NCBI RefSeq assembly: GCF_021028975.2 | Contig: NC_059435.1 | Coordinates: 52,204,001 to 52,268,000 of the forward strand | Length of the DNA: 64,000 bases | Direction of reading: 5' to 3' | From: Sphaerodactylus townsendi | Taxonomy: Eukaryota | Shown here: positions 24,795 to 38,003 of the stretch, one piece after another | Layout of the letters: every line of letters starts with the position of its first letter | Position numbering within the stretch: position 1 is the first letter of the stretch | Notes under the pieces: model-generated | Database searches by the model: none | What the model was told of the DNA's origin: nothing | Seen by the model: the letters and a program-made list of their open reading frames with translations, nothing else | Program-made: the position numbers and the translations under genes

Positions 24795-27105
24795 CTCCAT
24801 CAGCTCCCAGTAGCACAGTGTAGAGAATGTCTTCTTTATTAAGACCCATTCAGTCCACAAAAGGTCTTCACAGCTAACCTCAACTGCAGAGCACTACCTT
24901 GGAGTATCCAAAAGAGTTTCCAAAGTTCAGCCTAAGTCAGAAGAATGGTTTCTACTTTATGTCACACCTAGAGCAGCAAGAGAGCATATAAACATTCTAT
25001 ATAAACAAACAAACCCATCAATAACCCCTGTGAAATAAGTATTTCATTATTTACTGTATGATCCTTGAGACTATGGAAAACTGTGGTTCATCAAAGTAGG
25101 CAATACTGAGTTTGACAGGCTAAAGGCCTGACTCATTATGTCAAGTTTCATGTGTTCACTCCAAGATGCTCTAGCACTAATTATTCAAATTAACACTTGA
25201 AATGAAAACAAAAATGGAATAATCCTACATTTTGTCTTGGGCATTCAAAACTCATACTGATCCCGCTCCCTCAAAATCCAATTTCTTTATCTCTAGTTCT
25301 TCCAGAAGATAACAAAGACCTGTCTTTAAATAAACAACAAAGAAGATGACAAATATCACAAACCAAAGGTTATAATCTACACACACACAAACACACACAT
25401 ACACACAGGTATGTTTTATTTTAGATAAAAGACCTTAAAAATTATCTGTCCTTATGCTGTTTACAAAAGAGATTTTACTCACATTTATCATGGATCTAAA
25501 AATTAATTATGCTTTCCTATTTTCTTATCAGTGGCTAGCTCATTTATCCAGGCGCTAAGGAACTATGCGGTTCACTGCCCAGGAATGGAAGCTCAGCACT
25601 GGAAATTAGAGAGGCTGGAAAATATGGAGACTGAAGAGCTACTGTCAACATGAAAGGTGGATACAGCAGGTTAAAATAGAATTCCATAAGGAATAACAAT
25701 GTCAGTTTGGTTTATTTCTGGCCAGTACACAACAGAAAGGAGATAGTAAGACGGTAGCATCCCCAAGTGTACAAAGACTCCAATAAAAGATGTTACAGAT
25801 TAGTCTCGACTGGCTGTTCTTCCTACCAGAACAATCATGTATGCTTTTTGTAGACCAGACAATCATGTTCGGCACACCCACTCTTTTTAGTGTATGCTTT
25901 CTATATGCTGTATGTGATCAAATGGGGTACCCAAAAATGTGTACCCTATTTCACTTGAACTTAACATCAATAGGGATGAAGAATGGTATTCCATCAGGGG
26001 ATCTCAGCAAAGTGTTTTCACAGCTCATGAAAAATCAGCTCCTGGTATTGATGTGAGAATGGCCCATTAGTTGCAGCCATGGCAGAACAAAACAATGAGC
26101 AGGGCCAATGGAGAAGAGCATGCCCTACAGAAGCCTACAGAACGAACAAAAAAAGTCTTCTATTGTGGCTAGGAACATAAGGTGAAGGAGAAGTGAGTGA
26201 AATACTGTAGCCCTGGTGACAAACTTATGTGGAGGAAGGAAGTGTGGTAGATTTAAACATTTGTAGCTTAACACACTTTGTAACATAAGGAATTACATTA
26301 AGTTTTGAGCAGCTACAACAGATCCAGCATTTATCGATACACCTTTTTCTGCCATCTAATGTTTACAAGACATTCGCATACCACAAATTTCAGTATTCTT
26401 ACAAATTTATCTTATGATTATCATTTTTTCTTTAGCAAATTACAAGTGTTATTCTTTTGACAAGAGGAAGTGTTATTCCCGTCCCTTTGAGATCTCCTCT
26501 GGTTTGCTTCCCATCTCAATTTTGCGTCCCCAGGACTTGTTCTAACCCAGCTCCCCCCTTCCCTCCAAATTAGACTTCCCTGCCTCCTCCTACCAGGTCA
26601 TTCACCCAGACCTAGTTTCACCTTTTGGATGCCTTTTCTGTTTATTTTGGATTGCAAACCGAAATACTGGTTGAAATCCAGGGTGGGATGTTTTTGTTTT
26701 TGGCAGGCTCTGCACATGCAGAGGGGGTTATCCCTAGATTAATTCCTTTTTGTTCAAAGAGACATATTTCATCCTACCTCATAGAAATCCAGCAAGTTCC
26801 ACAGCATGATAATAGAATATCAATCTGTTTTAGTGGTTACACATGTGGGACAGAAGTTAGAACTTCAAAAAATATATAATGAGCCAGAGACAGTATCTAA
26901 TTTACAGAAGTGTGAACTTTAAAATTCTATTTTTAATGAAAATAATTAAAACATTTATATAACAGAATTATATAAATGTTATATAAATGTTTTTATTATT
27001 TTCATTAAAAACAGAAGTTAGAACTCCCAGTTCAAGCACTGGGTTTATTATCTCTTATATCCCTTTCTAAAGACTATACAACAAATGGCATAAATCTAAC
27101 TCTTA

Positions 27106-27222
27106 GGCGGATTCCGCATGGGCCAAAAACAGCGGTGTGAAAACGGTGTAAATCCATTATACTGTTTTAAACCATTTTACACCACTTTCACACTGCTGTT
27201 TTTGGCCCATGAGGAATCCGTC
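27106..27222. mobile_element. PIF/Harbinger-type palindromic MITE
   Basis: ~47-bp inverted arms GGCGGATTCCGCATGGGCCAAAAACAGCGGTGTGAAA..., with a 3-bp TTA TSD on both sides. Confidence 0.82.
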
Positions 27223-28590
27223 TTAATGACACAAAAAGATTACAACAAATTTCAAAGCCAATCTTTCTCCCAGTGGAGACCCAAAGATGCATTGTTCCCC
27301 TGTTGTCCATTTTATTCTCACTACAAGCATGTGAGGTAGGTCTGGCTGAGAGGGTGTATCACCCAGCAACTTTCCATGGGGGATTGGGAATCTGCATATT
27401 AGGAACACATGATAAGGTTGCCTAAAAGCTCTCTTATTACATGTTGCCTCTTGTGAAGTTAACATGGTTCAGCATGTTCCAATTCCCTTCATTTTTTTAC
27501 ACTGTAACTTCCATCATCATTTTGGGGTTGGTGGCCAGTTTGCAAACAAGCAGCATTATTTTGGGATGAACTATGTCTGTCACAAACAGAGACCCTTAGC
27601 TTCCACTGCAAAAACCATGGGGAGGGGGTCGCCCCACCTGGGCCAAGATATTATCAAACCTTCCAATTTTGGCCCTGGAACTACTACAATGGAACTCTTG
27701 AAACTGGTGGCCTATTTTGAGTCCACTAGCTTTATTCTCTGAAGAGTTGTGCCTGTCATAAATGGACAGATGGACAAATAGGTCAATTGTTTTATTGCTA
27801 TAGATTCAGGGTGACAGCAAGTGAAGTGATTTATGGTTACAATATTCGATTTGGATCATCATGGGAGGCCCCAGGTAGAATCTTTGTCTGGGGGCCCACA
27901 GGGATTCTCAGCAGTTCTATTGAAAGATAACACACCTGGGTTTCTGGATAAACAATAAAATTAATATTTCGTTACGATGTTTGGTTCTGCTAGGGGAATT
28001 TTCTAATTTTTCAAGATTGATTTTGACAGTGTTTATTTTTAAAAAATGATATGGTGGAATCAAGACCCACAGTGAATAGTTTAAATTGTTTGCTTTTTCA
28101 GTCAGAGCTGAACTTTACTTTTAACTGATACTTGCAAAGCTCTTCCATGCTGGCTGCTTTGGGACTCTTATGTGACACAACTTAAAAATTCAAACAGCTG
28201 CCTAACAAAGGGAAATGGGTGGGGGAAAGTATGTACCATAGCATTTCAAAATTCCATTTTCTTCAAAAATGTGGTGAGAAGACATGGTCTTTGAATCCGA
28301 ACAATCACATTCAATTAAATCTGGAAAGCCAGTTTGAACACCCCAGGATATAACACTGACAACCTAACTCAAACAGGAAGAAAAGGTTTGAAGCAGAGAC
28401 ATTGGCTCCTTTGAGATTTGATCCCTACCCTGCACAGAGATTCAAAGAAATTCAAAGGCTAAAGGAGTATTTATAGCCATACAGCACCAAGGAAAGATCT
28501 GATAAAGATATTCAGTGCAACACACAATACAAAGAAATATATCAGCCCTGCAGTGAGTGGTTTCTATGTTGTGTATATGGAACATGTAAC

Positions 28591-28735
28591 NNNNNNNNNN
28601 NNNNNNNNNNNNNNNNNNNNNNNNNNNNNNNNNNNNNNNNNNNNNNNNNNNNNNNNNNNNNNNNNNNNNNNNNNNNNNNNNNNNNNNNNNNNNNNNNNNN
28701 NNNNNNNNNNNNNNNNNNNNNNNNNNNNNNNNNNN
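28591..28735. other. Assembly gap (145 N)
   Basis: Run of N at the position of a SINE microsatellite tail. Confidence 0.99.
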
Positions 28736-29002
28736 CCACCTTTCTCTCCTGTAAGGAGACTCAAGGTGGCTTACAAACTCCTTCCCTTCCTGTCCCCACA
28801 ACAGATAGCCTGTGAGAAAGGTGGGGTTGAGACAGTTCTGAAGAACTGTGACTAACCCAAGGTCACCCAGCAGGAATGTGGATGTGCAGAAACACATCTG
28901 GTTCACCAAATAAGCCTCTGCCACTCAGGTGAGGAAGTGGGGAATCAAACCCGGTTCTCCAGATTAGAATCCACCAGCTCTTAACCACTACGCCACACTG
29001 GC
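28736..29002 (-). mobile_element. Squam3-like tRNA SINE
   Basis: Reverse complement is highly similar to 41432-41700, and the A and B boxes are present. Confidence 0.88.
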
Positions 29003-29341
29003 ACTGTGAATATAGTTTGTTGTGATCACACAGCTACAAAGTGAATATAGTGCATCAGGATACAGTGCACAAGGCTAATTCAGGACACTCAAAAGATTAG
29101 AGACTAGCAGGATTATTTTAAAAGAAGACTTCAGATCAATGGCCAATCTGGGAGACTTTACCATTACGCAAACCAGAGGTGGATATTCATACATGAAAGC
29201 AACTGCCCTCTCAAAAAAGGTTCCCTATGCCACATTGCCCACCCATGCAGAACTGCCTAGGGGCACACTGGGCTATTAAAGCATCTGGCTAGAACCCAGC
29301 CAGAGATGCCACTAACAGGCACAGGTTCACATTGCCAGAGT

Positions 29342-29472
29342 CACAGCCGGAGCTAGGGAAAATTGCGCCTGGGGCAAGCGTGTGCCTTTCACCCCTGCCA
29401 TGCCCCTGCACTGTCGCACGCCTGGTACATCACATCCCCCCCCCACCCGCGCTCCTTGGCACTATACCACTG
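29342..29472. mobile_element. GC-rich hAT MITE (family of 20307)
   Basis: Perfect 8-bp TSD GCCAGAGT at 29334-29341 and 29473-29480. It ends ...ctataccactg. Confidence 0.8.
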
Positions 29473-32400
29473 GCCAGAGTCAATGATGGTCATGGCACAG
29501 CCAAGCAGTGTCTGCTGAATGTGCAAGCATCCCATCACCTCCTTCCCCACATTGCTGCTTTAGATCAGGTAGCAGTGGAACAGGAAAAGAAAACACCGAC
29601 AGGGTTTAGTATCTTGTTTCAAACATCCCACTGTTGTATTGGACTAAGATCTGGGAGATGTAGATTGGAGTGTCCCTTCGGAAGTTTGTGGAATAACCCT
29701 GCACCAATCACATATGCACACACAGCCTAATCTACCTTGCAGGGTTGCTGTGAGGATAAAGTGGAAGGCAGAAGAATGAGATGAGCCATTCTGGGCTCTC
29801 ACAAGGAAGAAAGGTAAGACATAAATCAAGTAAACAAATGAAAAGGAATACCTTGTTATCCCTTTCCTGCTTACTTTTTCTAAACTAGCAGGTATCTAAG
29901 TGAGAAACAAAAAAGCCTCTTACAGCATTTGTCCTATGTGGTCTCCTACTCAATATCAAGGAAACAAGTTAAACAGTCTTTAGGGCTTTATAAAATGAAC
30001 ACACATTACACCTTGAAGGATTCCAAGGAAACTAGAAACTACAACATGATTGATATAATCCACTATATTTCAACCTTCTCTCCAATGAATACTGAAATGT
30101 CTATGTTTGAAAAGAACAGTTAATCTGATTAACTAGGATATGAACAGGAAGCAGAAAAGATGAAGCACTCATGAACACATAACTGTGCTTCAGGGCCAAA
30201 ATAAAACAGATAGCATCCTCACGGCCACGATCAAAACACTACCATTTTGAAGACATTTTAAAATGCCATGAGGGCCCAATCCTTTGCTGTGATAAAATGT
30301 TTCCTGGACATTGGTTAGGCAAGATCAGAATTTGTGCAACTTCTTCCCACAGAGCCAGAACTTTTCAAGTGAACCCAGAGTCCCATGCAACGTCAACTAA
30401 CCTTTGTCAAATTTGCTTATATCCCTCCACATGACAACCATATTTCTCAAAAGCCAGTTTTAAATTGTATAGAGACTAGTTTTTGATTGAACTGAATTTT
30501 AGGGAGGAAAAACACACAAGCTATTTTTCCACAAGTATTTTTCTAATGTATTTACAATTGCTGACGCAATTGCAAACTGAGCTGGGATATGTCTGTCCAT
30601 CATTAGAAGTAAAAAGGACACAAACATTATAGTCTGACAGGAGGCCGAACTACAACGATTTATATACATTTGGGTATTCCTAACCTGCTTTTTTCCACTC
30701 CAAGTGGCTTACAACATCAAAAAAGAACAAAAAAGCCAACAAACACCACAAATATTTAAACCTTCGTTTCTTAATAACATAACTGCCTTCAACAGACAAA
30801 TATGCAGACAGCGCTTAAAACATTTCACTATAGGCAGGTGCTATACAATACTCTGCCATCCTCAGAATTAAGAATGAGAAAAAGATGGGAGCCAGCTGGG
30901 AAAAATCTGATATCCCTTTATAGGCATAAGAAAATTTCAAGAGAAGAGCCCAGGAAGACTCTACAGGGGAGCATTGGTAAAAAAAAAAACAGCTACTTCC
31001 ATTGTAGGAAGATGCTCGGTTGCACCTGCCAACATTTTCTGATTGGCCCTGGGATCCCATGGCTCCCCATCTTCAGAATTCCAAAAGTGACTAAGGCTTC
31101 ACACAATTCTGAACTCCTGAAATTAACTAAATTATGTAAACAGGGCAGTCCATAAATATAAACAGGCTTAAGTTTTATAAACCTTGCGAGAAATGTACTC
31201 CTGTATGAATAGCTCATTTATATGAGGCGTCACTCATTCAACATAAGATACGCTGTGTTTAGAACTGTCACTCTGGTTTTCTTCGGTATGTAATTAATTC
31301 AGACAGTAGGTAGAAAAATGCTCAAACATGTTTATTTTGTTTCATCCATTTAATGAACAGAAAGGAGTTAAGAGATAGTCCTGTCACTGAAATTTGACAG
31401 GAAAATATATATGCTGTGCGCTGCATCACTCTTACACAGTAATTCCTGAATCTAATAAGTTTCTACTAACAGCGCATATGTATCTTGTCTCTGAAAGAAA
31501 GATTGAATTAAGTCACAGGATCAGCTGGAAGCCAAAAAAGACATGGTCCTCCTCACAATTGTATAGAATGTGATCCAAACTGACATATGCCAGAAACAAA
31601 GAAAAGGACTGAGCAAAGGATAGCATACTACGTGTAACTGCAGGCTTGGAATGCTTAGTAAAATCATCCAAGGGTCTCAACAGCAAGTTTGCCAAGTCAG
31701 AAAAGCATATGTTTAACTTAAATAAACATGCGACTTAGTGTATTACACCAAAAGGAACGGGATTTTTTGTTTTAGACAATGGGCCACATTGTGTTCTACT
31801 GCATTTCTAGTCTTCATTTTAACGCTATGGATTGGATCTTAACCTGTATTTTCAACAGCCCACGTATTGTTTTCAGCAATGTTCCCTAACTCCTTCAGGT
31901 CTGGATACTTAATGAAATGTCTGCCCTACAGATATGGATGCTTATTATTCTTATTAGCTGGACAGCTGACTTCATGAAGCTCAGAAAAATTCTTCCATCC
32001 TATTTCACCGATAAGCATATTACTTTTAAGACCAATAAAACATGCCTCTGAGAACAGAAACGTCAGTCATATACTATTCACACAGGGTGAACTACAGTTG
32101 TAGGGCAATGAAAGGGCCTCCTCTCTGCAGTGACCAATTTAACCCAGCACTGTATCTTCATGACAACTGTCATGAACAGACTATCAACAGACTGCCTTCA
32201 GGCACAACACACTAGCATTAGGATAGATGATTAATACACCAGATATAGAAATATACAATACAGCAGCATCTTTGAATTTAAAAAAAGCAGAAATCCATCT
32301 TGTATAATCCTAGGGCCTCATCAAGCTCATGATCTCTCTCATTCCTTTCATTATAGCTGTATTGTAGATCAATAATTCAGCAGTGCAAATCCAATATTTT

Positions 32401-32511
32401 CTGTGAATAAAACTATTTTTATACTGTTCTCATTGGAATATTAAAAGGGGTTTTTCAATAAGAGCAACTCATTAAACTCAGTTCATCTATAGCTCGATTT
32501 TCAGAATTGAA

Positions 32512-32720
32512 GTTGTGGTTTTTTCTCCGGCCGTGCGGTCGCGGTCTGGTAAATGCTGAAAGTGCGTAACAGACTTCCCTCTGTGATTCACCTCTGAAGA
32601 TGCCAGCCACAGATGTAGGCGAAACATTAGGAACAAGATCCACCAGACCACGGCCACACAGCCCGGAAAACCCACCACAACCAGTTGAATCCGGCTGTGA
32701 AAGCCTTCGACAATACATTG
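32512..32720 (+). mobile_element. Penelope-like pLTR preceded by a partial inverted copy; hammerhead motif 32591-32631 with stem III mutated
   Basis: cctctgaagatgccagccacagatgtaggcgaaacattagg...gaaagccttcgacaatacattg. The 5' part is an inverted copy of the downstream segment. Confidence 0.8.
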
Positions 32721-34344
32721 ATTCTGGGAACATTAGACTTCAACTTGAAATTTTCTAGGAATATTCTAGCTACACCAGGGGTCCTAACAAGGATATTTTT
32801 ATTGCAATAGGGTTAAGCAGACCAGTGCTGCAAATTAGTGCAAGGAACTGACAACAAACAGAAAAATAAACCTTCTGAAGACAGCCTCTGACCTAACAGG
32901 GCCTCATGCTCCATCTCTCTCATATGCCATTTCCTGTACTGAAAAGTTCGTTTAAGAAGCATTCAAGGAAAACAAAGAAAGTTTGTGCTGCTATCAATCT
33001 TCAATACAACAGCAGATACATTTAAAGCAAAGTTGATCCACAATGTAAAACAGTCATTCTGATATGGAGGGCAATGTAAAAAATAAATACATCCAGGTTT
33101 CTGGATAAGAAGTCTAAAACTTTTCCAAATAAAATATATTGAGAGATATTATGAACATTCCCTATTACAGAGAGAAACAGCATATTTTTTTATAAGTGTG
33201 GCTGACACCAAACTACTGTTGATGAGCAGAAAGGAGAAGAACGAAAGAAAGCTGCTGTTAGTGGTAGACATAATAAATCTAAAGTCTATTTTATAGTAGA
33301 TGGGAGAATTTTAAAGACTGTCTTGAAATCCAACCAGATATCATCACAGCTGCCATGAAATAAAAAGAAACACATAGAATTGGCTTAAAAGACAGCCATT
33401 TATTGTGAACTGGATTGTTCTTCTCCATTCATAATGTTAAGACAGCTGCAGCTGTCAGCTGTCAAATAGAGTTTTCAAAGTAGATGTTTACAGGTAGTTC
33501 ACCATTGCCTGCTTCTGCATAGTGGCCATGAACTGTCTTGTTGGTCTCCCACCCAAATTCTACTTAGCTCTCAGATCTAATGAGATAATATGAGGCAAGC
33601 AATAATTAGATGTACCTTAGACATCTGAACATTTCAGCTTTCTAGTAATTTAAAAGTCTACGACGTAAGAGTAATCCATGTTGATACTTATATCTGAGTA
33701 GATTTGTTCAAGATTATAACTTTACTTAGTGTTACCAGCATTTCTGCAATACAAGTAACTTTTGCTAAACTTGTTTTCGATTTTATAATTGTTTATTTCT
33801 CAATGGGCTTGGAACATTACATTCTGGAGTAACATGGATTTTTAAATTTATTTCATTGATGCAAGTGTTTTAAACTGGACGTTTGTTCATCTATATTATC
33901 AATGCAGAAGGCAGTTAATTTGATCAATGTTCTTCATGACCACCCAAGCCTTCTTCAAGGATATTGAGCTCTGAGGACTTTGAGCAGACTTGCCTCACCT
34001 TAGCTGCTCTCAACATTCTTACAGAAATTGATATTGAGAGAACAAATCTTGTACAAAAATTACTATTTTCTCTGTGGAAGCTTCATCTCACTATCTCCTG
34101 ATTGGTGCTGTGAGATTCAGCATTAGAGGGACAGGCGGGGGAAGGGGGTCCATGAGGCATCATGTGACAAGATAAACAACAGGAAAATATATCCCAAAGC
34201 TGCTTCAGGATACCACCAGTTCTTACAGGATCTGTAGGCTATTTCCCTTTAACTGACTAAATTGCTCTCAACACTCCATGCCTTTTGGAGCAATTATATA
34301 ATCAACCAAGGAAAGGTAAGAAGCCACGTGAGCCTCAAAGAGGG

Positions 34345-34680
34345 GGTATTTCAAAGGTGAAGCCCCACTATTGAAAAGACCTTCCTCTGATAGTTACACA
34401 CTGATAGTTCATGAACAGGAGCACAGATAGCATGGTGGGCTGGACAATATGGAGGCAGGCAGTCCTTCAAATATCCTGGCTCCAAGCCATTTAGGGCCCT
34501 ACAGATAAGAACCAGCACCCTGTAACAAATGGGCAGCCAATGTAGATATCTGTAGCCAGCCCCCAACATTAGCCTGACTATCAAATTATGGATCAACTAA
34601 AGTTTCCCAGCAGATTTCAAAGGCAGCTCCATGTACAGGGTGTTACAGTATTCTAACCTGGATATCATCACTGTGATCAG
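34345..34680 (-). mobile_element. L2 LINE ORF2 3' fragment
   Basis: LHWLPICYRVLVLICRALNGLEPGYLKDCL is the characteristic L2 C-terminal motif. Confidence 0.8.
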
Positions 34681-34811
34681 ATAGGTACCATTCTCTACAG
34701 CACAGTGTTGATTTTTTAGTGATTATAATAGCCTACCAAGACTACCAACTAAATCTTTATTCAGAAATGCAGTACTACTATTTAGCTGTCCAAGCTTTTT
34801 ATCTGTCTGTA

Positions 34812-35647
34812 TGTCCGGGGGTCGCCACGCCGGCTTGCCCCGGACTCGGATGGCCGGGAGGCGGGGCCGACAGCGCGACGACAGCGGGCCAACGCAACGC
34901 CCGGACCCGCGGCAGAAGCACCAGCGGGGGGGCGGAGCAGATGGACGACAGGCGCAAGGAGGCACAGCTGCGGCTTATCCGGCAGCTGCAGCCCCTCTCG
35001 CCATCGACGGGGCGCGGCCGGGACGATGGCTAGGCCGGAAACACCCCCGAAGACCCGGGAAGCCTTCAAAAGGCGAGGACCGCCGGGAGAGCAAGGCTGG
35101 CCACAGCAGGGCGTGGGAGGGTTGTGCGGGAGCCCAAGGAGGTCGGGGAAAGTGTCGTGGGGGAAGGGAGGTGGAGCAGAGAGAGAGAGAACGACGAAAG
35201 CAGAAGGAAGGGGAGTGAGAGAGAGTGGAGAAACCGAAGGAAGGGGAGTGAGAGAGAGTGGAGAAGCTGAAGGAAGGGGAGTGAGAGAGAGTGGAGAGGC
35301 AGAAGGAAGGGGAGTGAGAAAGAGTGGAGAAATGGAAGAGACGGGGGACTGGGAGCGTGGAGGCAACCTGGGGAAAAGAAAGGAGACCAAGGAGGGGAGA
35401 GAGAGGCTGACCGGGAAAGGGACAGCAGACTCCAGTAGGGGAGCTGCCGACCCCAGACACCTGTAGGAAGAGACCAACAGAGATTGAGGACTGCCCTCAC
35501 CCCCGGAGGGCACCCTGTGGTTTAGGCAGCTGACTGCATTGAGACCCCCTAAGACCAGGGCTACAGACGAGGAGTCCAACACCTCGGAAAGGGACGGTGA
35601 GACTGCTTGTCAGCCACGACCACAGGAGGGGGAGGGGGAACGCCACA
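34812..35647. mobile_element. GC/CpG-rich solo LTR (836 bp, Gypsy- or ERV-type)
   Basis: TGT...ACA termini, perfect 5-bp TSD CTGTA (34807-34811, 35648-35652), and a sharp GC transition at both ends. Confidence 0.78.
35200..35331 (+). repeat. 33-bp purine-rich minisatellite x4 inside the LTR
   Basis: Unit approximately gcagaaggaaggggagtgagagagagtggagaa. Confidence 0.93.
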
Positions 35648-37689
35648 CTGTATAATGATGATAGTTATATGCCTCATATTTACAATTTCTACATTCTACT
35701 GTGAGGGATAGGATCCACCTTCCCAGTGGCTCTGCAGGCCATTCATGCACCACACAATACCCACACCTGTTTTCTTGTGATCCACTGGGAAAATGACAAT
35801 GGGTGAACTGTTATGTGAGCTAGCATCTGGATTATTCTGCTTTTACGTTTGATGGTCACCAGTAGAAAGCCACTTTAAAAGAAGTATAGAAACTCATCAA
35901 AAGTGTGAAGACTGGAAGAATAATAGGCAGGAAGTTTCGGGGTATGCTCTGGTTTGGGGGAATCTGGGCAAAGTCATCTCCCACAAGCACCATGGATTCT
36001 TGTGCAGGCCAACAGGATCAAGCACACCCTGCCCACATGCTTTAGCACAAGAATGAGCACAACCATCTAATATGTGCAAAATGTATACATGGTGGTATCA
36101 TCTACATGATTGAGAATGCTGCTTTTTCCAAAATCCCCATCATGGGGATAACGTTCACATATTTGCATGGAGATGTTACGTTCAAATTAGGTTACACAAA
36201 GAGACAGAAAAGAGTGCTCTTTTCTCAGTCCTGCATTCCTGCTATATATGTACATCACGTCTCACTCATGTATGTGCTCAGTGGGCCCCAGCAATCTACC
36301 ACTTTTGTTTACTAAATAAAGCAACTCTTGCAAACTGAAATCACTTGCAATCTGAAATCGGAGAGATCAGCACCCTCATATCATGAAAGTCATTGTTGGG
36401 GTGCCTGGTCTAAACAAAATGGTTTCCTACTCTAACTTCCAATGATACAACAGGGCTTTGACCACAGAAGTGTCGGAATGCCATAAAAAATCACAGCCAA
36501 TGGTAATGTTAACTTTCAAGTTTAGGTGAGTCACGCTCATCCTTTTCTGTTTTTAGGGTATAGATTACTGTGCAGTTTGTTCGATAAAACTGTTAATGTC
36601 TAAAGCAATTAAAAAGGTGTCTGAGAAGCTATTCATTAACAACAGAGTATCTGGTGACAAGGTGAAAAGAAACACCCACAGTAGACCAAAAAACAAAAAA
36701 GCAAAGCAAACACACAAGCTTAGAAAAGTCAAGGACTGTCATCAGAAGTGACAAGACACAACGTGTAAGTGTGAATTCTCCAGTCTTAAACTGGCTACTC
36801 AATGCTCACATTAGCACAACTGGAAGTGCCTGTGATATATTTGACACATTTCCCGCAGATATATAAGAGATGAAGATAGCTTCCAAGCTGCTCCAAAATG
36901 TCTGAAGAGGGGTTAAAATAAAGCACAAAGTTAAACAGACATACATTTAGTCAAGCAAAACCACAGGAGCCAGAAACAACAGATAGATACCACACCAAAC
37001 GATAACCATAAGCCAATGATGCAAAGGAAATACAAGCAGAGAACACTCAACTCTGCCACGCAACCCCACTGAAAACACAAAGGCTCGGTTCCTAGGATAT
37101 TACATCAACAGAACTGCTAGTCTTGCACACTCCATGGAGCCAAGTGGAGTTCAAATAGACAGTACTGCAAAGTCTGAATCTAGGTGAAAACATCAATAGA
37201 CTTGCCCAACTTAGAAATCCAATGTGAGGTGCAGAATGTTCCATAATATGCTGGCATTGTGCTTTCATCTAAAGTCATATAATACTTATTCTCACCTTGT
37301 ATTTTAAAAATCCAATCAATTAGGCCTGTTAGGTCTAAGGCATATAATGCCTATTTTCATTGTACAAAAGTTAAATAACTTTTTAGGGCAAAAAATGCCT
37401 CCTCTTTTAAATGGGCAATCCTCCTAGGGACATCTGTAATGTATTTCAGACCTACTTGTGAGTCTACATTTTTGCATTTATAATTTAATAAAGGGAAGCA
37501 GAATACTCGTATCATTCCCCTTCTTCCATGAGGGACTTTCTTTTACAAACACTTAATCACCATAAGTGTATGTGGTGGAAAGGTTTTAATCAGTGGGTCA
37601 TAAGTACTTTGAATTATAGTTAACCTACTGATAATCAGTCTGCTTTTAAACAAATTACTCAGAAATGACCATTGGGTACTCACTGTGAA

Positions 37690-37998
37690 GGGTCCTTCTC
37701 AGAGTGACAGTGGACATCTTGTGGGCGAGTCCCATCAAATCCTCAAATCATCAGCTCATTTTTTTTCTGTTTTGAGTGAAAATCGTATCAGGGGTTTCCA
37801 GCTTAGATAAGTTCTTTAATCAATGGAGTAAGTTTAGCATCTTGGCCTGTTCAAATATCTTCACAAGCCATTCTTCTATGACAGGCATAGATGAAGTTTT
37901 CAATTTTTGTGCATATAGTATTCTAGTTGTCAATATCATATATAAAAACAAGACACCTAATTTTATAGAAATTCTCTTTGAGACTAGAACTTGATGTA
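37690..37998 (-). mobile_element. L1-type LINE ORF2 C-terminal fragment (3' part, split by CR1)
   Basis: TSSSSLKENFYK and LYMILTTRILYAQKLKTSSMPVIEEWLVKI are typical of non-mammalian L1 ORF2 C-termini. Confidence 0.72.
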
Positions 37999-38003
37999 AA
38001 TTT

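Noticed and set aside
28442-28924. ORFs spanning the N run
   Set aside because: Artefacts of the assembly gap and SINE sequence.
35200-35331. CRISPR-like array
   Set aside because: Tandem units without unique spacers, eukaryotic context, no cas genes.
34719-35582. Overlapping long ORFs up to 266 aa with 11-aa repeats
   Set aside because: By-product of the GC-rich LTR and 33-bp minisatellite; low complexity and no recognisable domain.
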